From Felis catus (lineage: Eukaryota), in assembly GCF_018350175.1 (NCBI RefSeq), contig NC_058369.1, positions 17,548,001-17,612,000 of the forward strand: DNA of 64,000 nt. The letters are read 5' to 3'. The position numbers and the translations under genes were made by a program. Of the stretch, positions 62,461-64,000 are shown in pieces (position 1 is the stretch's first letter; every line of letters starts with the position of its first letter). The notes below the pieces were generated by a model, which saw only the letters and a program-made list of their open reading frames with translations, was not told where the DNA came from and searched no databases.

Positions 62461-64000
62461 CTCACTCCTGCCATCAGAAAGCTGGATTAGGGACCCTTCA
62501 GTGCTGTGCTCCCCACCCTTCCTCCTCCGGAGCCATGCAGCCTTGCAAGCTAACAGCGGATCTCATTCCTGACACTCCCAAAGCATGTGGCAGTTACGTA
62601 CAAAGAAGTTACCCATTCAGGAGAGATTCAAGTTTAAACTCTACCTGTCTCTGCAATATTCCCTTCCCTTCCTAATTTTTCTTGGTGTTTTAGAGGATTT
62701 ACAATTTACATTGCTAAACAGCCTGGCCACAAAGGTACAATAACTGTTTCCATTCATAAGGCCTTCTATCCCATAGTGCTCTCCCATCGATTCTAGAATT
62801 GGAAAATTGGATGGACAAGAATTGGGATGTTCCCAGGACATCCCCCCCAAAAGTCTGCTGGATACCTACCATCTCTTATCTAATCTTACAGATAGGTCAG
62901 GACTTCCCCTGCCCAAATCAAATTATTTTTTTTTTAATTTTTTTTAATGTTTATTTATTTTTGAGACAGAGAGAGACACAGCATGAGCAGGGAAGGGGCA
63001 GAGAGAGAGGGAGACACAGAATGTGAAGCAGGCTACAGGCTCTGAGCTGTCAGCACAGAGCCCGACGCGGGGCTCGAACTCATGAACTGTGAGATCATGA
63101 CCTGAGCCGAAGTCGCACGCTTAACCGACTGAGCCACCCAGGCGCCCCCCAAATCAAATTCTTTAACACACTTGGTTGTCCTCAGGGCAAGGCTTGTGAA
63201 CAAGCAACTCCAAGGTCAAGGACTAGTTGTAACCATTTTGTATCTGTAGCAGCTGAAACACTGCCTGGGACAAAGGTCAGTTTTATTGACTAAATGAACC
63301 TATATAGTCTTATTCTATCCATCTTTGTATTTCTAGTGTCTAGCATGGTGTAAGAGCTCAACAAATAATTGTGGACAGGGCACCTGGGTAGCTAAGTCAG
63401 TTAAGTGTCCGACTTCAGCTCAGGTCATGATCTCGCACTTCATGAGTTCGAGTCCTACGTCGGGCTCTGTGCGGACAGCTCAGAGCCTGGAGTCGGCTTC
63501 AGATTCTGTGTCTCCCTCTTCCCCACTTATGCTCTCTCTCTCAAAAATAAACATTAAAAATTTTAAAAAAATAATTGTGGACATGATATAAAGAATCTAG
63601 AAGTATTTTATAAACCAGACTAAGAGAATTTGAGGTCTCTCTCAACTGTGAAATTCTATTCACATGTGAGAAACTGATCATCTCTTCAGGACTAAAGACT
63701 AGGTCTCAAAAGATTATCTGGTGGAGCTCCTAAATTTGCCAACAAATATGGAGAAGGCTTCCATGAACACACACAGGGACAGTCTGGACAACACCCTCAT
63801 TTCCCTTAGGCTGAAAGTAGCCTGATGATCACGTTAAAGGCAGTGCTTGCTTACTCAAACCACAAAACGAAGTCCAGCCTAACTAGTGCAAGATCAGCCA
63901 ACCCACTCTCCCTTGCATCTCAGGTTGTGAGTAACCCAAAAACAAGCGGAATCTTCACCATATATCTAGGGAGAAACAACCTTGACACATCACCTCCCAC

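Larger units (their letters stand above)
1..63570. mobile_element. Dozens of carnivore tRNA-derived Can-SINEs (SINEC_Fc-like), both strands
   Basis: Recurrent GGGGCGCCTGGGTGGCTCAGTCGGTTAAGC head, (CT)n tract, AATAAA/A-rich tail and TSDs; examples 4376-4590+, 9512-9728-, 10381-10600+, 12377-12592+, 19460-19669-, 34030-34243-, 48001-48222-, 62925-63148-. Confidence 0.97.

Noticed and set aside
357..63026. Many ORFs containing WVAQSVK, AQVMISR or ERERE
   Set aside because: These are translations of Can-SINEs and microsatellites.

Overview
Mammalian, felid (cat-like) genomic DNA: dense carnivore tRNA-derived Can-SINEs and a cathelicidin peptide that matches, as I recall it, feline feCath. The window covers the conserved CAMP-ZNF589-NME6 block. 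It holds an intact 4-exon cathelicidin gene (CAMP, +, CDS 22759-24855, 171 aa) and a disabled KRAB-C2H2 gene recognisable as the ZNF589 orthologue (+, about 30518-43860). That gene has frameshifts and stops but keeps its CpG-island promoter. The five coding exons of NME6 are on the minus strand (62460-58586, 193 aa); its first exon and promoter lie beyond the window. The rest is mostly transposon-derived: SINEs, L1 fragments, an ERV1-type provirus remnant with an env TM relic, LTR16, MLT1 and MER DNA transposons. The least explained structures are a roughly 4.5 kb strand-polarised, decayed GGACCT/GGACCTT array (50480-54960) with an MLT1 LTR nested in it, and a roughly 21-bp GGTCA-rich minisatellite next to the ZNF589 promoter. 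I found no convincing new multi-gene system. Orthologue and repeat-family names come from memory, not from database searches.
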